Shown: positions 47,248 to 57,456 of the stretch, piece by piece
Layout: every line of letters starts with the position of its first letter
Numbering within the stretch: the stretch's first letter is position 1
Assembly: GCA_029938635.1 (NCBI GenBank)
Contig: JAOZUQ010000005.1
Span: 1,363-65,362, forward strand
Length of the DNA: 64,000 nt
From: Candidatus Aminicenantes bacterium
GTDB taxonomy: Bacteria > Acidobacteriota > Aminicenantia > UBA2199
Reading direction: 5' to 3'
The notes under the pieces: generated by a model
Databases searched by the model: none
Told to the model about the DNA's origin: nothing
What the model saw: only the letters and a program-made list of their open reading frames with translations
Made by a program: the position numbers and the translations under genes

Positions 47248-49442
47248 TATTTCTCCTCCAGAGGGAGTTTTATTATAAATTTTGTCCCTTTACCGGGTGT
47301 GGAGATCACATACATGGTTCCTTTATGGATATTTGTTATAATAAAATATGATACAGAAAGGCCCAGGCCGGTCCCGACTCCGATCTCCTTTGTTGTAAAG
47401 AATGGCTCAAATACCCTTTTTGTTGTCTCCCTGTCCATGCCCGGCCCGTTATCCTCAACTTCTATTACACCCAAAGACCCTTCTTTGAACAACCTTAGAG
47501 TAATCTCCGGATCTTCGGATTTTTCCTTGTTATCACTGATTGCATGTACAGCATTCTTCAAAAGGTTCAATAACACTTGCTGAAGCTCGTTCTCTGCACA
47601 TAAGATCTCAGGGAACTCATTCTCAAATTCCCGGGTAATTTTAATATGTCTGAAATCATACTTTTTCTTCAGATCATAATCATTCGTAGCAAGTTCAATT
47701 GTATTTTCAATAATAGAAGAGATATCTGCTTTTTCAAATTGCGATTCCGATCTTCTACTGAAATTCAGCATATTTGTAACTATATCTGAGGCCCTCTCGC
47801 CTGATCTTTGTATTACCTCAAGGAAATATATTATCTTTTGTTTCTCCAGATATTTAAAAATATCTTCAAGGTTAAGGTTAAGTTCCTCAGCTTTCTCACG
47901 ATTTACTTTAAAATCAGGTGAGACCCTTCTGAGAATATTCTGGACGCCCAGAAGTATTCCACCCAGAGGATTGTTGATCTCATGAGCCATCCCTGCAGCA
48001 AGGCCTCCCACAGACATCATCTTCTCAGTCTGGACCATCATATCCTCTATACGAATCCTGGTCGTAATATCATCCATTCTGATAACAGCACCTTCAACTC
48101 CATTTGATATCAAAGGATAGATCATTATGTCATTATATTTGAGTTCATCATCGACACGTTCAACAATTTTTTCCATTTTCTGGGGGATCTTCTCTTTTAT
48201 CGATTTCTGAAATTTTTCCAGCTGGGATGCGAATTGCGGGAATATATCCTCTATTTTTTTTCCGATAGCATCTTCAGGTACAAGTCCGGATTTTTTTTCA
48301 GCTTCAACATTCCATTGGGTAACTTTTCCATCCCTGTCAATTCCAATCAAAACCGAGGGCATAGAATCTATCATGTTCTTCAGGTAAAGCTGCATTTTCT
48401 CCATATCTTTTTTCTGAATTTTCAGGGATTCAGCCATTGAATTAAAAAGCTTTGAGAGATCTCCTATCTCATCTTTTGATTTGATCCCGATCTTGATATC
48501 AAAGTCCCCTTTTGAAATGGACTGTGCGCTTTCCGATAGAGTCTTTAACGGCTTCCCTAACCATCTACCGATCAAAACACTCACAATTATTACAATGAAA
48601 AACACTGTGAAGAATACCAGCATCATACTCCGGACATCCAGATTCTTAGTTTTAAGAATGTCACTTATATCGTAGGCAACTATTACACTACCGATCTCCT
48701 TGTCTACATGATCATATATCTTAAAAGTTCCGATCAGGTACTTTTCCTCCCCAATGGTCATCTCCCCTTTGGCGTTTATCAGATCAAAAGAATCTGGAAA
48801 AAATCTCTCACCATTATTATCGAGCATGGTTGTCCCTATCCCTTTGTCATCCGAGAAGATAAAAATTTCTGCTCTCACCATATTCCTTATCTGATCGGAA
48901 AACTCAGAATCGAGAGGCAACTCAAGTACCAGATCTCCCACTTTTTCAAAAGTATTCTGGTTCATTATAGGAGAGATGGAAACAAAGCATATATTTTCTC
49001 CCAAATTTACAATTCCTGTCTTTCTGAGCAATGAATTCCGGCTTCTCTTAAAAAATGGTTCATAAAGGAGTGTTTTCTCATTTATATAACTCTCTGATGA
49101 ATTTTTCACATCAACTATAATCCTGTTATCAAGATCTACTACTTTGGCATTGATTGAACTGAGGAAGAAAACTTTCAGTTCAAGTGACGTTGCTATTTCT
49201 TCGGGTTCGTCAATATTCCCGGCAATTTCATTCAATTCTGATATGAACAATCCTTTTCTTGATAATTCACCCAGATACCCGTGAAAGACCCCCGCCGTCT
49301 GTTCTTTCAACTTTAGAAGGTTCTCTTTTGCCGTGTTCTCATATTTGGTTGACAAAAAGTTGATCGAATAATAGATCGAAAATAATGATGAGATCCCTGC
49401 CACAATTATCAGGAACACTAGAATTTTAGTTCTTATTTTCAC
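47247..49442 (-). CDS. Membrane sensor histidine kinase (periplasmic domain, HAMP, PAS, HisKA, HATPase)
   Basis: Two TMs, DEIGDL..FN.M HAMP, PAS (WNVEAEK), AHEINNPL, NLLKNA, DNGPG, FTTK..G.GTGLGL. Confidence 0.93.
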   Translation of the reverse strand: MKIRTKILVFLIIVAGISSLFSIYYSINFLSTKYENTAKENLLKLKEQTAGVFHGYLGELSRKGLFISELNEIAGNIDEPEEIATSLELKVFFLSSINAKVVDLDNRIIVDVKNSSESYINEKTLLYEPFFKRSRNSLLRKTGIVNLGENICFVSISPIMNQNTFEKVGDLVLELPLDSEFSDQIRNMVRAEIFIFSDDKGIGTTMLDNNGERFFPDSFDLINAKGEMTIGEEKYLIGTFKIYDHVDKEIGSVIVAYDISDILKTKNLDVRSMMLVFFTVFFIVIIVSVLIGRWLGKPLKTLSESAQSISKGDFDIKIGIKSKDEIGDLSKLFNSMAESLKIQKKDMEKMQLYLKNMIDSMPSVLIGIDRDGKVTQWNVEAEKKSGLVPEDAIGKKIEDIFPQFASQLEKFQKSIKEKIPQKMEKIVERVDDELKYNDIMIYPLISNGVEGAVIRMDDITTRIRIEDMMVQTEKMMSVGGLAAGMAHEINNPLGGILLGVQNILRRVSPDFKVNREKAEELNLNLEDIFKYLEKQKIIYFLEVIQRSGERASDIVTNMLNFSRRSESQFEKADISSIIENTIELATNDYDLKKKYDFRHIKITREFENEFPEILCAENELQQVLLNLLKNAVHAISDNKEKSEDPEITLRLFKEGSLGVIEVEDNGPGMDRETTKRVFEPFFTTKEIGVGTGLGLSVSYFIITNIHKGTMYVISTPGKGTKFIIKLPLEEK

Positions 49443-50968
49443 TGTTTCCCCAGCAGGAACAGATCAATCATTCCCAGACTGTCCAATTTGATCTTCCCCA
49501 GTTTTTTGTTATAAAGGATCAGATTGATATCCTGGTAAAGTGGAATGAGCAAAGCCCTTTCAACTACCAGATTGTTCAGTTTTATATAATATCTTCCTCT
49601 CTTGACGGGATCTTTTATAGTCCTTGCCTTTTCAATCATTTTAAGAATATCAATATTTTTCCCGGTTGAAAAATTAGCCAAACCTTCACTCTGTATTTTC
49701 TTGGAAAACAAAGGACTTATTATACTGAACGGATCAGGATAATCTGCTATCCATGAAGAAAATGTAAGGTCATAATCTCCCTTCGAAACTCTGGAAAAAT
49801 ATTCATTCATATCTACAATAACCACTTTAAGCCGAATCCCGACTTTTTTCAGATTTTTTGAAAAAATATTAACAATTGGGAGATGAAGGTCTGTATCCCT
49901 GTGTAACAGGAAGCTCAGTTGAAATCCTTTTTGTAATCCCTCTTTATTCAGTAATTTACGGGCTTTCTCTACAGACAGAGGGTATTTGTCAAGGTCACAA
50001 TCATAACCGGACATCCCCTGTGGGAAAAGAGAGCACAGAGGCTTTACGTGATTCTGATAGACCAGCTTTAATATATCCTTATTCCATAAATAATTAATAG
50101 CTTTTCTTACACCGGTCTTTTTCAGATACCTGTTTTTCATATTGAAGGCTATATAAGAAGTGGAAAGAGAAGAGGAATATGAATATCCCACCCACTCATA
50201 TCCTTTGAATATAACCATTTTTGAAATCGAAAAACTGGTTAAAACATCAATCTTCTGTTTTCTGAAAAGCTCAAATAATTTGTCCATATTTGGTTCAATA
50301 ATTGTAATGTATTTATCGATACCGGGTTTCCCTTTCCAATAACCATTGAAAGATTCAAGTACTATTTTTTTCCCTTTTTTCCACTCCTTTACTCTGTAAG
50401 GGCCTGTCCCCACAGGTTTTAAACGGAATTTTTCTTTCATCCTTTTTAAAGCTGCAGGCGAAACTATCGAAGTGCAGCTTACAGACAAAGTAGCAGGAAA
50501 TGGGAAGAAAGGTTCTTTTAAAATGAATTGGACTTTATACTTGCCGACCTTTTTTATACCTTTTAAAAATGGGAAAATTTCTTTAAAAAGGACAAATTCC
50601 CCATATTTATATTTCTCCTCCATTTGCCTTTCAAACGTAAAAACAACCGCATCAGCATCAAATGGCGTGCCATCATGAAATTTCACTCCACGCCTCAACC
50701 GGAATGTCCATACTTTCCCTTCTTTGTCCGAATCCCATGCTAAAGCAAGAGAAGGTTTGATCTTCAGAGTTCCCGGCTCCAATTCGACGAGCCTGTTAAA
50801 AATATTTGCAAGATAAACAGATGATGTATTATCCCACGCTTCTGCAGGATCAAGCGTTGTGGGCCCTCCTCTGTTTCCGGATCTGATCACTCTCTCTTTT
50901 CCGGCTGCTATTGGAATCGTAATCAACAAAACAATCAGAAATAAAATGAGCCCTTTATAGTATTTCAA
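49439..50968 (-). CDS. Family-5 (DppA/OppA-like) solute-binding protein 1
   Basis: TLDPA, LRRGVKFHDGT, VGTGPY, WIADYPDP; overlaps the kinase start. Confidence 0.9.
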   Translation of the reverse strand: MKYYKGLILFLIVLLITIPIAAGKERVIRSGNRGGPTTLDPAEAWDNTSSVYLANIFNRLVELEPGTLKIKPSLALAWDSDKEGKVWTFRLRRGVKFHDGTPFDADAVVFTFERQMEEKYKYGEFVLFKEIFPFLKGIKKVGKYKVQFILKEPFFPFPATLSVSCTSIVSPAALKRMKEKFRLKPVGTGPYRVKEWKKGKKIVLESFNGYWKGKPGIDKYITIIEPNMDKLFELFRKQKIDVLTSFSISKMVIFKGYEWVGYSYSSSLSTSYIAFNMKNRYLKKTGVRKAINYLWNKDILKLVYQNHVKPLCSLFPQGMSGYDCDLDKYPLSVEKARKLLNKEGLQKGFQLSFLLHRDTDLHLPIVNIFSKNLKKVGIRLKVVIVDMNEYFSRVSKGDYDLTFSSWIADYPDPFSIISPLFSKKIQSEGLANFSTGKNIDILKMIEKARTIKDPVKRGRYYIKLNNLVVERALLIPLYQDINLILYNKKLGKIKLDSLGMIDLFLLGKQ

Positions 50969-52491
50969 TTTTCCTCCACATATGCATCCTTGAAGATTAC
51001 ATGGGACAATTGGTTTAGATACAAGCCTTTAATTTTATTCTTAAAAACAAGGAAATCATTAACATTGTAAAGGGGGATCCAGGGACAATCCCTTGCAATG
51101 ATCTCCTGTGCCCTGAAATACATTTTTTCTCTCTTCTTATTATCTCGGATTCCACTTGCATCATTAAGCAGTCGGGTAAGCTCAGGATCCGAATACCCTG
51201 ACCGATTGAACTCACTATTCTTATCAGCAAATGTATCGAATAAAAAAACATCAGGATCGGGAATATCGGCTGACCATCCCATCATAATCATATCATGTCG
51301 TTTACTTCCGGCTGCTTTTCTCAGATCAGTGAAAGAAAGCGGTACTTTATAAACATGTATTCCGACTCTGGCTGCAAATTTTTTGATCACTCCGGCAATC
51401 TCCTCAAGAGGTTTTGAATTCCCTGAATAGTAAAGAGACACCCTGGTACCTTTTTTTATTTGTCCCCGTTTCAACAGATCCCCGGCTTTTTCCAGATCAA
51501 AAGATCTATCTTTAATATCAGGATTAAACCCGAAAATACCACTTGGAATGGGAGTAGTTGAATTTGATGCAAAATTCTGGAAAATTCTTCCTATTAACGG
51601 GCCTTTATTTATCAGGTGAGCAAACGCAATTCTGGCATTTCTGTTTTGAAATATGCCTTTTTGTGTGTTGAATGCAAGATAGTGTACAGAAACAGAGGGA
51701 ACAGAAATGGTATTGAATTCACGTCTTCCCCTGATCTCCTCATATTCTTTTGATGATCTCACCATCAATAAAGATGCTTTCCCGGATTTCAGTTGTATCA
51801 TCCTCCATGCAACATCATTAACGACCTTAAAAACAATCTTGGGAATCCGAACCTCCTTTCCCCAATATTTTTCATTCCTTATCACTGTAAGATATTTATT
51901 TTGAACACTTTTAAAATATTTATAGGGGCCGGTCCCTATCGGCCTGAATTCCTCTGAGACATAGGATAAAGGTGCAACTATCATATGCTTGGGACTTGCC
52001 AGGGAATAAAGGAAAGGGACAAAAGGTTTTTCCAGTACTATCTCAATTGTATATTCATCAATACTGCCAATACTTAAAATATGGGAATGAATTCTGTTCC
52101 AGTTATAGTACTTTTTTTTATTCAGCATCCGGGTTCTGAAATTCAATTCAACTGCAGCAGAATTAAATTTTTCCCCATTGTGAAATCTCACTCCTTTCCT
52201 TAACTTAAATATCCACTTTTTCCCGTCATTTTCAGTCCTCCAACTGACAGCAAGTGCAGGTTCAACACGGGAAGATCCTTTTTTATATCTGACCAGACCT
52301 TCATAAATGTTGGATATGGCCTCGGACGAATACACATCTGATGTAAGTCCCGGATCAAGGGTGGAAATATATGTACTCTTCAGATAGATAAGGGGGGAAT
52401 CTGCAGCATAAAATGGAATAATGAATAAGATTAAGAGAATGACCAGTCCCGTTGCAACTCCGGACTTACCAATAGAAAATCTACTATTCAT
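50965..52491 (-). CDS. Family-5 solute-binding protein 2
   Basis: TLDPG, LRKGVRFHNG, IGTGPY, GWSADIPDPD; start ATG 52491 (SD GGAG) or TTG 52506. Confidence 0.9.
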   Translation of the reverse strand: MNSRFSIGKSGVATGLVILLILFIIPFYAADSPLIYLKSTYISTLDPGLTSDVYSSEAISNIYEGLVRYKKGSSRVEPALAVSWRTENDGKKWIFKLRKGVRFHNGEKFNSAAVELNFRTRMLNKKKYYNWNRIHSHILSIGSIDEYTIEIVLEKPFVPFLYSLASPKHMIVAPLSYVSEEFRPIGTGPYKYFKSVQNKYLTVIRNEKYWGKEVRIPKIVFKVVNDVAWRMIQLKSGKASLLMVRSSKEYEEIRGRREFNTISVPSVSVHYLAFNTQKGIFQNRNARIAFAHLINKGPLIGRIFQNFASNSTTPIPSGIFGFNPDIKDRSFDLEKAGDLLKRGQIKKGTRVSLYYSGNSKPLEEIAGVIKKFAARVGIHVYKVPLSFTDLRKAAGSKRHDMIMMGWSADIPDPDVFLFDTFADKNSEFNRSGYSDPELTRLLNDASGIRDNKKREKMYFRAQEIIARDCPWIPLYNVNDFLVFKNKIKGLYLNQLSHVIFKDAYVEEN

Positions 52492-52560
52492 TTCAATATG
52501 CTCCAAGAAATAACCATCACAATATAAAATAATAAATAAAATGAACTAAATTATCAAATA

Positions 52561-54132
52561 CTATTCCTGTACAACCTTTTTGTTATCGAAGAACACATCT
52601 CTGAAGTTCAAAAATGAAAGCGGCTGGATAGAGAGATTTCTTACATTTTTATTGCGGACCAAAATATTGTTCATGTAGAAAAGGGGTATCCATGGGAGAT
52701 CTCTGTGAATGATCTTCTGAGCATTCCAATACAAACTCTCTCTTGTTTTTTTGACAGAAGTTTTTCGTCCTTTATCTATTAATCCGGTAACTTGTTTATT
52801 ATAATATCCGGATCTGTTCAACCTTCCGGAATTTTCGGTAAAGTTTGAATATAGATAAACGTCAGCATCCGGTATATCCCCGGCCCATCCAAGCATGAGC
52901 ATATCATGCTTCTCATATCCGATGTTAACAAGCTCGGTGAATGGGATCGGCATTTTTTTTATGTTCATCCCTATCTTCCTGGCTGAACGGGACAAAACAC
53001 TGGCAATATTTCCAAGATTCTTCGAATTCTCTGAATAATAGAGAGAAACCTCGATTTTATCTTTATATCCTGACTCATCTTTCAATCTTGCGGCTTTATT
53101 GATGTTAAACTCATAATCTTTCAGATCCGGATAATGACCGAACATCCCCGGAGGAACAGGGGTTGTAGCGTTTATTGCAAATTCCTGGAAGATATTTTTT
53201 ACCATTACTTTCTTGTTAAAAAGATGAGCAAGTGCCTGACGCATTTTTTTGTTCTTAAACGGACCTTTCCTAACATTGAAAGCAAGGTAATGGACTGAAG
53301 TAGACAATCCTGAAATAATTTTCAAAACCTTAGAATTTGCAACCTCATTATATTCATGCCATGACTCGATATAGGCAACATCAGCACTCCCGTTCTTCAT
53401 CTGAAGAACACGCCAGTTTTGATCTTTAACAACTTTAAATATAACACCTGACAAATACGCAGGCTTCCCCCAATATGAATCATTTCTGATCAACTTGACA
53501 AATTTACCCTCCTTCCTGTTTCCGAACCTGAAAGGCCCGGTCCCATATGGAATAAAATTTCCGGCTTTATAAGATGAAGGTGCAATTATTGATGAATGAG
53601 GACTGGCCATCTGAAACAAAAAAGGGGCAAAAGGCTCTGAAAGAATAAATTCCACCACATAATTATCAATCTCTCTGACTTTCTTAAGATAACTATAGAA
53701 TGAATTCCATTCTTTATACTTTATTTTATCGGATAGTCTTGTGTTGAAAGATTTTACTACAGCTGAAGCATTTAAAAGTTCACCATTATGGAACTTCACA
53801 CCTTTTCTGATCTGAAACTCCCACCTCTTTCCATTATTACTCATCGTCCAGCTTTCAGCAAGGCAAGGTTCTATATCAGGCCTCTCCTTTTTATATCTGG
53901 TCAATCCTTCAAATATATTCGTGATTATTTGAGAAGAATATTTGTCTGTGGTAAGCCCCGGGTCGAATGTGATCACATCCACATGGCCAAGATATATCAG
54001 AGTATTATCCTGAGATGATGAATAAATTGATGGAAAAAACAATAAAACCAACAGGATAGATAAAACAACAACCTTAATCCTCGGGAAACTTTTTTTATCC
54101 TGCACGAGTCTTTGATAAAAGAAGTTCCCCAT
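52561..54132 (-). CDS. Family-5 solute-binding protein 3
   Basis: TFDPG, IRKGVKFHNG, GTGPF, GWAGDIPDAD. Confidence 0.9.
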   Translation of the reverse strand: MGNFFYQRLVQDKKSFPRIKVVVLSILLVLLFFPSIYSSSQDNTLIYLGHVDVITFDPGLTTDKYSSQIITNIFEGLTRYKKERPDIEPCLAESWTMSNNGKRWEFQIRKGVKFHNGELLNASAVVKSFNTRLSDKIKYKEWNSFYSYLKKVREIDNYVVEFILSEPFAPFLFQMASPHSSIIAPSSYKAGNFIPYGTGPFRFGNRKEGKFVKLIRNDSYWGKPAYLSGVIFKVVKDQNWRVLQMKNGSADVAYIESWHEYNEVANSKVLKIISGLSTSVHYLAFNVRKGPFKNKKMRQALAHLFNKKVMVKNIFQEFAINATTPVPPGMFGHYPDLKDYEFNINKAARLKDESGYKDKIEVSLYYSENSKNLGNIASVLSRSARKIGMNIKKMPIPFTELVNIGYEKHDMLMLGWAGDIPDADVYLYSNFTENSGRLNRSGYYNKQVTGLIDKGRKTSVKKTRESLYWNAQKIIHRDLPWIPLFYMNNILVRNKNVRNLSIQPLSFLNFRDVFFDNKKVVQE

Positions 54133-54167
54133 CTTTATAATATAGTATAGGCTTACAGGTTATTCAA
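54133..54167 (-). promoter_or_regulatory. Sigma70-type promoter, probably leaderless, for SBP3
   Basis: TTGAAT-17bp-TATATT-6bp-ATG(54132). Confidence 0.6.
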
Positions 54168-54270
54168 TAATTAACTCCTGGAAAAGGAGAGTGATTATCA
54201 TAGTTGACGAGAATTCATGCTCAGGAGCCTGTATTAAAACTATGAATAAACGGAGCTATTATATTAGAGA

Positions 54271-55839
54271 CTATTCCTGCACAGACTCATTATCACTGAA
54301 AAACACATCATTAAAATTTATTAGAGACAAAGGTTGTATTATAAGGTTTTTTACACTTTTATTGTGAATAAGAAATTTTTTCCTGTAATACAAAGGCAAC
54401 CAGGGAAGATCATCATGAAGGATCCTCTGCACTTCCATATATAACTTTATCCTCACTTCTGTATTTGATATCATTCGTGCTTGATTAAGAAGTTTTGACA
54501 CTTCCGGATTATTATATCCCGTACTGTTAGAACTGCTCACGCCGCTAATAAAATTTGGATAAAGATAAACATCTGCATCAGGTATATCGCCTATCCATCC
54601 AAGAATAAGCATATCATGCTTTTCAAATCCAAGATTCACAAGTTCGGAAAAAGGTACAGGCATTCTTTTAATGTTCAGCCCTATCTTCTTTGCGGAACGG
54701 GCTAAGACAACAGCAATGTTTTCATAATTTTCTGAACTATCGGAATAGTAGAGAGAAACATCGACCTCTGATTTGTATCCCGCATCATTTTTCTTTTTTT
54801 TTGCTTCCGCAATATTAAAACTATAATCTTTCAATTCCGGATTATGACCAAACACCTGAGGCGGTACAGGAGTTGTTGCATTTTCAGCAAATGATTGAAG
54901 TATTTTTTTTACTACTGCTTCTTTTTTGATAAGATGTGCTACTGCCTGCCTCATTCTTTTGTCCCGAAAGGGCCCCTTCATCGTATTAAAAGCTATGTGA
55001 TAGATCCCGGGAGACTGCCCGGATATGATATCCACATTCTTTTCACTTGCAACATCTTCAAGGATAATTTCAGATTCAATCAGAGCAGCATCCGCATTCC
55101 CGTTCTTAATCTGAAGTATCCGCCAATTCTGGTTCTTGACAACCTTGAAGATTACGGCAGAAAGAAGTGGCCGGTTACCCCAATAAAAATTATTCCTGAG
55201 AAGCTTTACAAACTTCCCCTTTTTCCTCTCACCAAATCTGAAAGGGCCGGTGCCGATAGGAGAGAAAACTTCCCCATCATAAGAGGAGGGGGCTATAATT
55301 GAAGCATTTGTACTTGCCAACCGGTAAAGAAACGGAGCATAAGGTTCAGTGAGAAGGAACTCCACCGTATAATTATCAATTTCCCTGACCCTCCTCAGAT
55401 ATGTATAGTATGTATTCCATTCATGATAATTTTTTTTATTATTCAGCCTTCTGGAGAACGAACTCACAACAGAAGCAGCGTTAAATAATTCACCATTGTG
55501 AAATTTAACCCCCTTTCGCAATATGAAAACCCACCTCTTCCCGTTATCATATATTTTCCAACTTTCTGAAAGTCCGGGCTTGATCTTAATAGTTCCGGAT
55601 TTATAGCTGGTCAAACCCTCAAAGATATTCTCAATTATTTGAGATGAATACATATCACCGACCATCCCAGGATCACTTGTGATCATATCCACAGGGCTGA
55701 GAAAGATCAGGGTATTATCCAGAGGAGATGAATAAACTGATGGGAAAAACAATAAAACCAGCAGGATAGACAGAACAACCTTGATCCCCGTGAGTCTGAT
55801 ATTATCCAGTTTGTCACTCCTATAACAGAGATACTGCAT
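54271..55839 (-). CDS. Family-5 solute-binding protein 4 (close paralog of SBP3)
   Basis: LRKGVKFHNG, IGTGPF, GWIGDIPDAD; shares ILLVLLFFPS signal region and VQE end with SBP3. Confidence 0.9.
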   Translation of the reverse strand: MQYLCYRSDKLDNIRLTGIKVVLSILLVLLFFPSVYSSPLDNTLIFLSPVDMITSDPGMVGDMYSSQIIENIFEGLTSYKSGTIKIKPGLSESWKIYDNGKRWVFILRKGVKFHNGELFNAASVVSSFSRRLNNKKNYHEWNTYYTYLRRVREIDNYTVEFLLTEPYAPFLYRLASTNASIIAPSSYDGEVFSPIGTGPFRFGERKKGKFVKLLRNNFYWGNRPLLSAVIFKVVKNQNWRILQIKNGNADAALIESEIILEDVASEKNVDIISGQSPGIYHIAFNTMKGPFRDKRMRQAVAHLIKKEAVVKKILQSFAENATTPVPPQVFGHNPELKDYSFNIAEAKKKKNDAGYKSEVDVSLYYSDSSENYENIAVVLARSAKKIGLNIKRMPVPFSELVNLGFEKHDMLILGWIGDIPDADVYLYPNFISGVSSSNSTGYNNPEVSKLLNQARMISNTEVRIKLYMEVQRILHDDLPWLPLYYRKKFLIHNKSVKNLIIQPLSLINFNDVFFSDNESVQE

Positions 55840-55874
55840 GTTATAAGTATAGTATCAGAGAACAGATTATTCAA
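55840..55874 (-). promoter_or_regulatory. Sigma70-type promoter, probably leaderless, for SBP4
   Basis: TTGAAT-17bp-TATACT-6bp-ATG(55839). Confidence 0.6.
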
Positions 55875-55963
55875 GAAATTTACATGACAAAAAACATTAT
55901 CAGCTAATTCAGTCTCCTTTTTAGAACATATCATCTGTGCTATAATTTTTCCGGAGGTATTTT

Positions 55964-57199
55964 ATGGAATTTCCCGGAATGATGGACAGGTTTTTCAGTT
56001 ATGTAAAGATAGATACTCAGTCTGATGAGGAGTCGGAATCTTATCCTTCAACAAAGAAACAATTCGACCTTTTAAACAAATTAGAAGTTGAACTGAAGGA
56101 ATTGGGGCTTGATGATGTTGAGCAGAACAAGTGGGGGTACGTCACAGCCACACTAAAGACAAATCAAAAAAGTGATGTCCCGACTATCGCACTTATTGCT
56201 CATGTTGACACATCGCCGGATGTATCAGGAAAAGATGTTAATCCTGTTATCCATAATAATTATGACGGAAAAGATATAGTCCTCTCAGAAAAAGAGAACG
56301 TGATCTTAAAAGTTGATGAAAATCCGATGCTGAATGACAAGATAGGAAAGACGGTGTTCACAACAGACGGGACAACTCTGCTTGGTGCCGACAACAAGGC
56401 AGGAATTACAGAGATAATTTGTGCTGTAAAATACCTTAAGGAGAACCCGGAGGCTCCAAGACCGAACATCAGAATACTTTTCACTCCGGATGAGGAGGTC
56501 GGCCGGGGAACTGAGAATATCACCAATGAAAATATTAAAGCCGACTATGGTTATACAATAGATGGTGAAAGACTAGGGGAGATCGAGGACGAAACCTTCT
56601 GTGCAGATACACTTGAACTGGATGTCACAGGGATAATGGTCCATCCCGGATATGCTAAAGATAAAATGATAAATGCTATAAAAATAGTTTCAGAGATCGT
56701 TGACCATTTCCCGAAGAACGGCCTTGCGCCGGAGACAACGGAAAAGAGAGAAGGTTATATTCACCCCTTTACAATTTCCGGCGGTGGAGAGAAAACAAGT
56801 GTAAAGATCCTGCTCAGGGACTTCGAAGAATCGGGACTCAGAGAAAAAGAGAATTACATAAGAGAAGTTGTTGACACCATAATGAAAAAATATAAGGGAG
56901 CTAAAGCGGAGATCAAAGTTTCAGAATCCTACAGGAACATGAAACAGATCCTCGATAAATATCCTGAAGTGACCAACAAAGCGATAAAAGCTGTGGAAAT
57001 GGCCGGTATAGAACCTCTCAAGAATATAATTCGTGGAGGGACAGATGGAGCAAGGCTCAGTTTCATGGGACTCCCGACACCGAATATTTTCACGGGCGGA
57101 TCAAATTTTCATTCAAGATATGAGTGGATCACCCTTGAGGATATGTACAAAGCATCAGAAGTGATCGTCAACCTGATGAAACTCTGGACCATTAAATAA
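55964..57199 (+). CDS. pepT: Peptidase T (tripeptide aminopeptidase, M20B)
   Basis: AHVDTSPD, TDGTTLLGADNKAG, FTPDEEVG, RGGTDGARLS, NFHSRYEW. Confidence 0.95.
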   Translation: MEFPGMMDRFFSYVKIDTQSDEESESYPSTKKQFDLLNKLEVELKELGLDDVEQNKWGYVTATLKTNQKSDVPTIALIAHVDTSPDVSGKDVNPVIHNNYDGKDIVLSEKENVILKVDENPMLNDKIGKTVFTTDGTTLLGADNKAGITEIICAVKYLKENPEAPRPNIRILFTPDEEVGRGTENITNENIKADYGYTIDGERLGEIEDETFCADTLELDVTGIMVHPGYAKDKMINAIKIVSEIVDHFPKNGLAPETTEKREGYIHPFTISGGGEKTSVKILLRDFEESGLREKENYIREVVDTIMKKYKGAKAEIKVSESYRNMKQILDKYPEVTNKAIKAVEMAGIEPLKNIIRGGTDGARLSFMGLPTPNIFTGGSNFHSRYEWITLEDMYKASEVIVNLMKLWTIK

Positions 57200-57236
57200 A
57201 TAGCTTCACAAACATCATCAATTTGAAATTATAGTC

Positions 57237-57368
57237 AGGCTTTCGCCATCATCTGCTTTGCTCCCGCTCCGGATGTTCTCATCCGTCCCCGCTTCCTGTC
57301 CCCGGGGTGATCGATATTAACGAGTCACCCCTGAGGTGGCCGCTACAGCAGATAAGATGGCTACGCCT
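57237..57368. other. GC-rich multi-hairpin intergenic element (REP/MITE-like or ncRNA)
   Basis: Ends pair (AGGC..GCCATC.ATCTGCT / AGCAGAT..GATGGC..GCCT); internal hairpins CGGATG/CATCCG and GGGGTGA/TCACCCC. Confidence 0.5.
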
Positions 57369-57400
57369 AATACACTCCCTGCTTGTAAAACAAAACTATG

Positions 57401-57429
57401 TTGACACACAAGTGAATGTTTGATATCTT
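57401..57429 (+). promoter_or_regulatory. Sigma70 promoter of the asd-aspartokinase leader
   Basis: TTGACA(57401)-17bp-TATCTT(57424) with extended -10 TG. Confidence 0.7.
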
Positions 57430-57456
57430 GTCAACGTTTCTTCTTCAGAGCCTTTA

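Noticed and set aside
54170..54270. Inverted repeat TCATAGTT/AACTATGA between SBP4 and SBP3
   Set aside because: 8-bp arms in AT-rich DNA with no recognisable motif; may be chance or a weak terminator.
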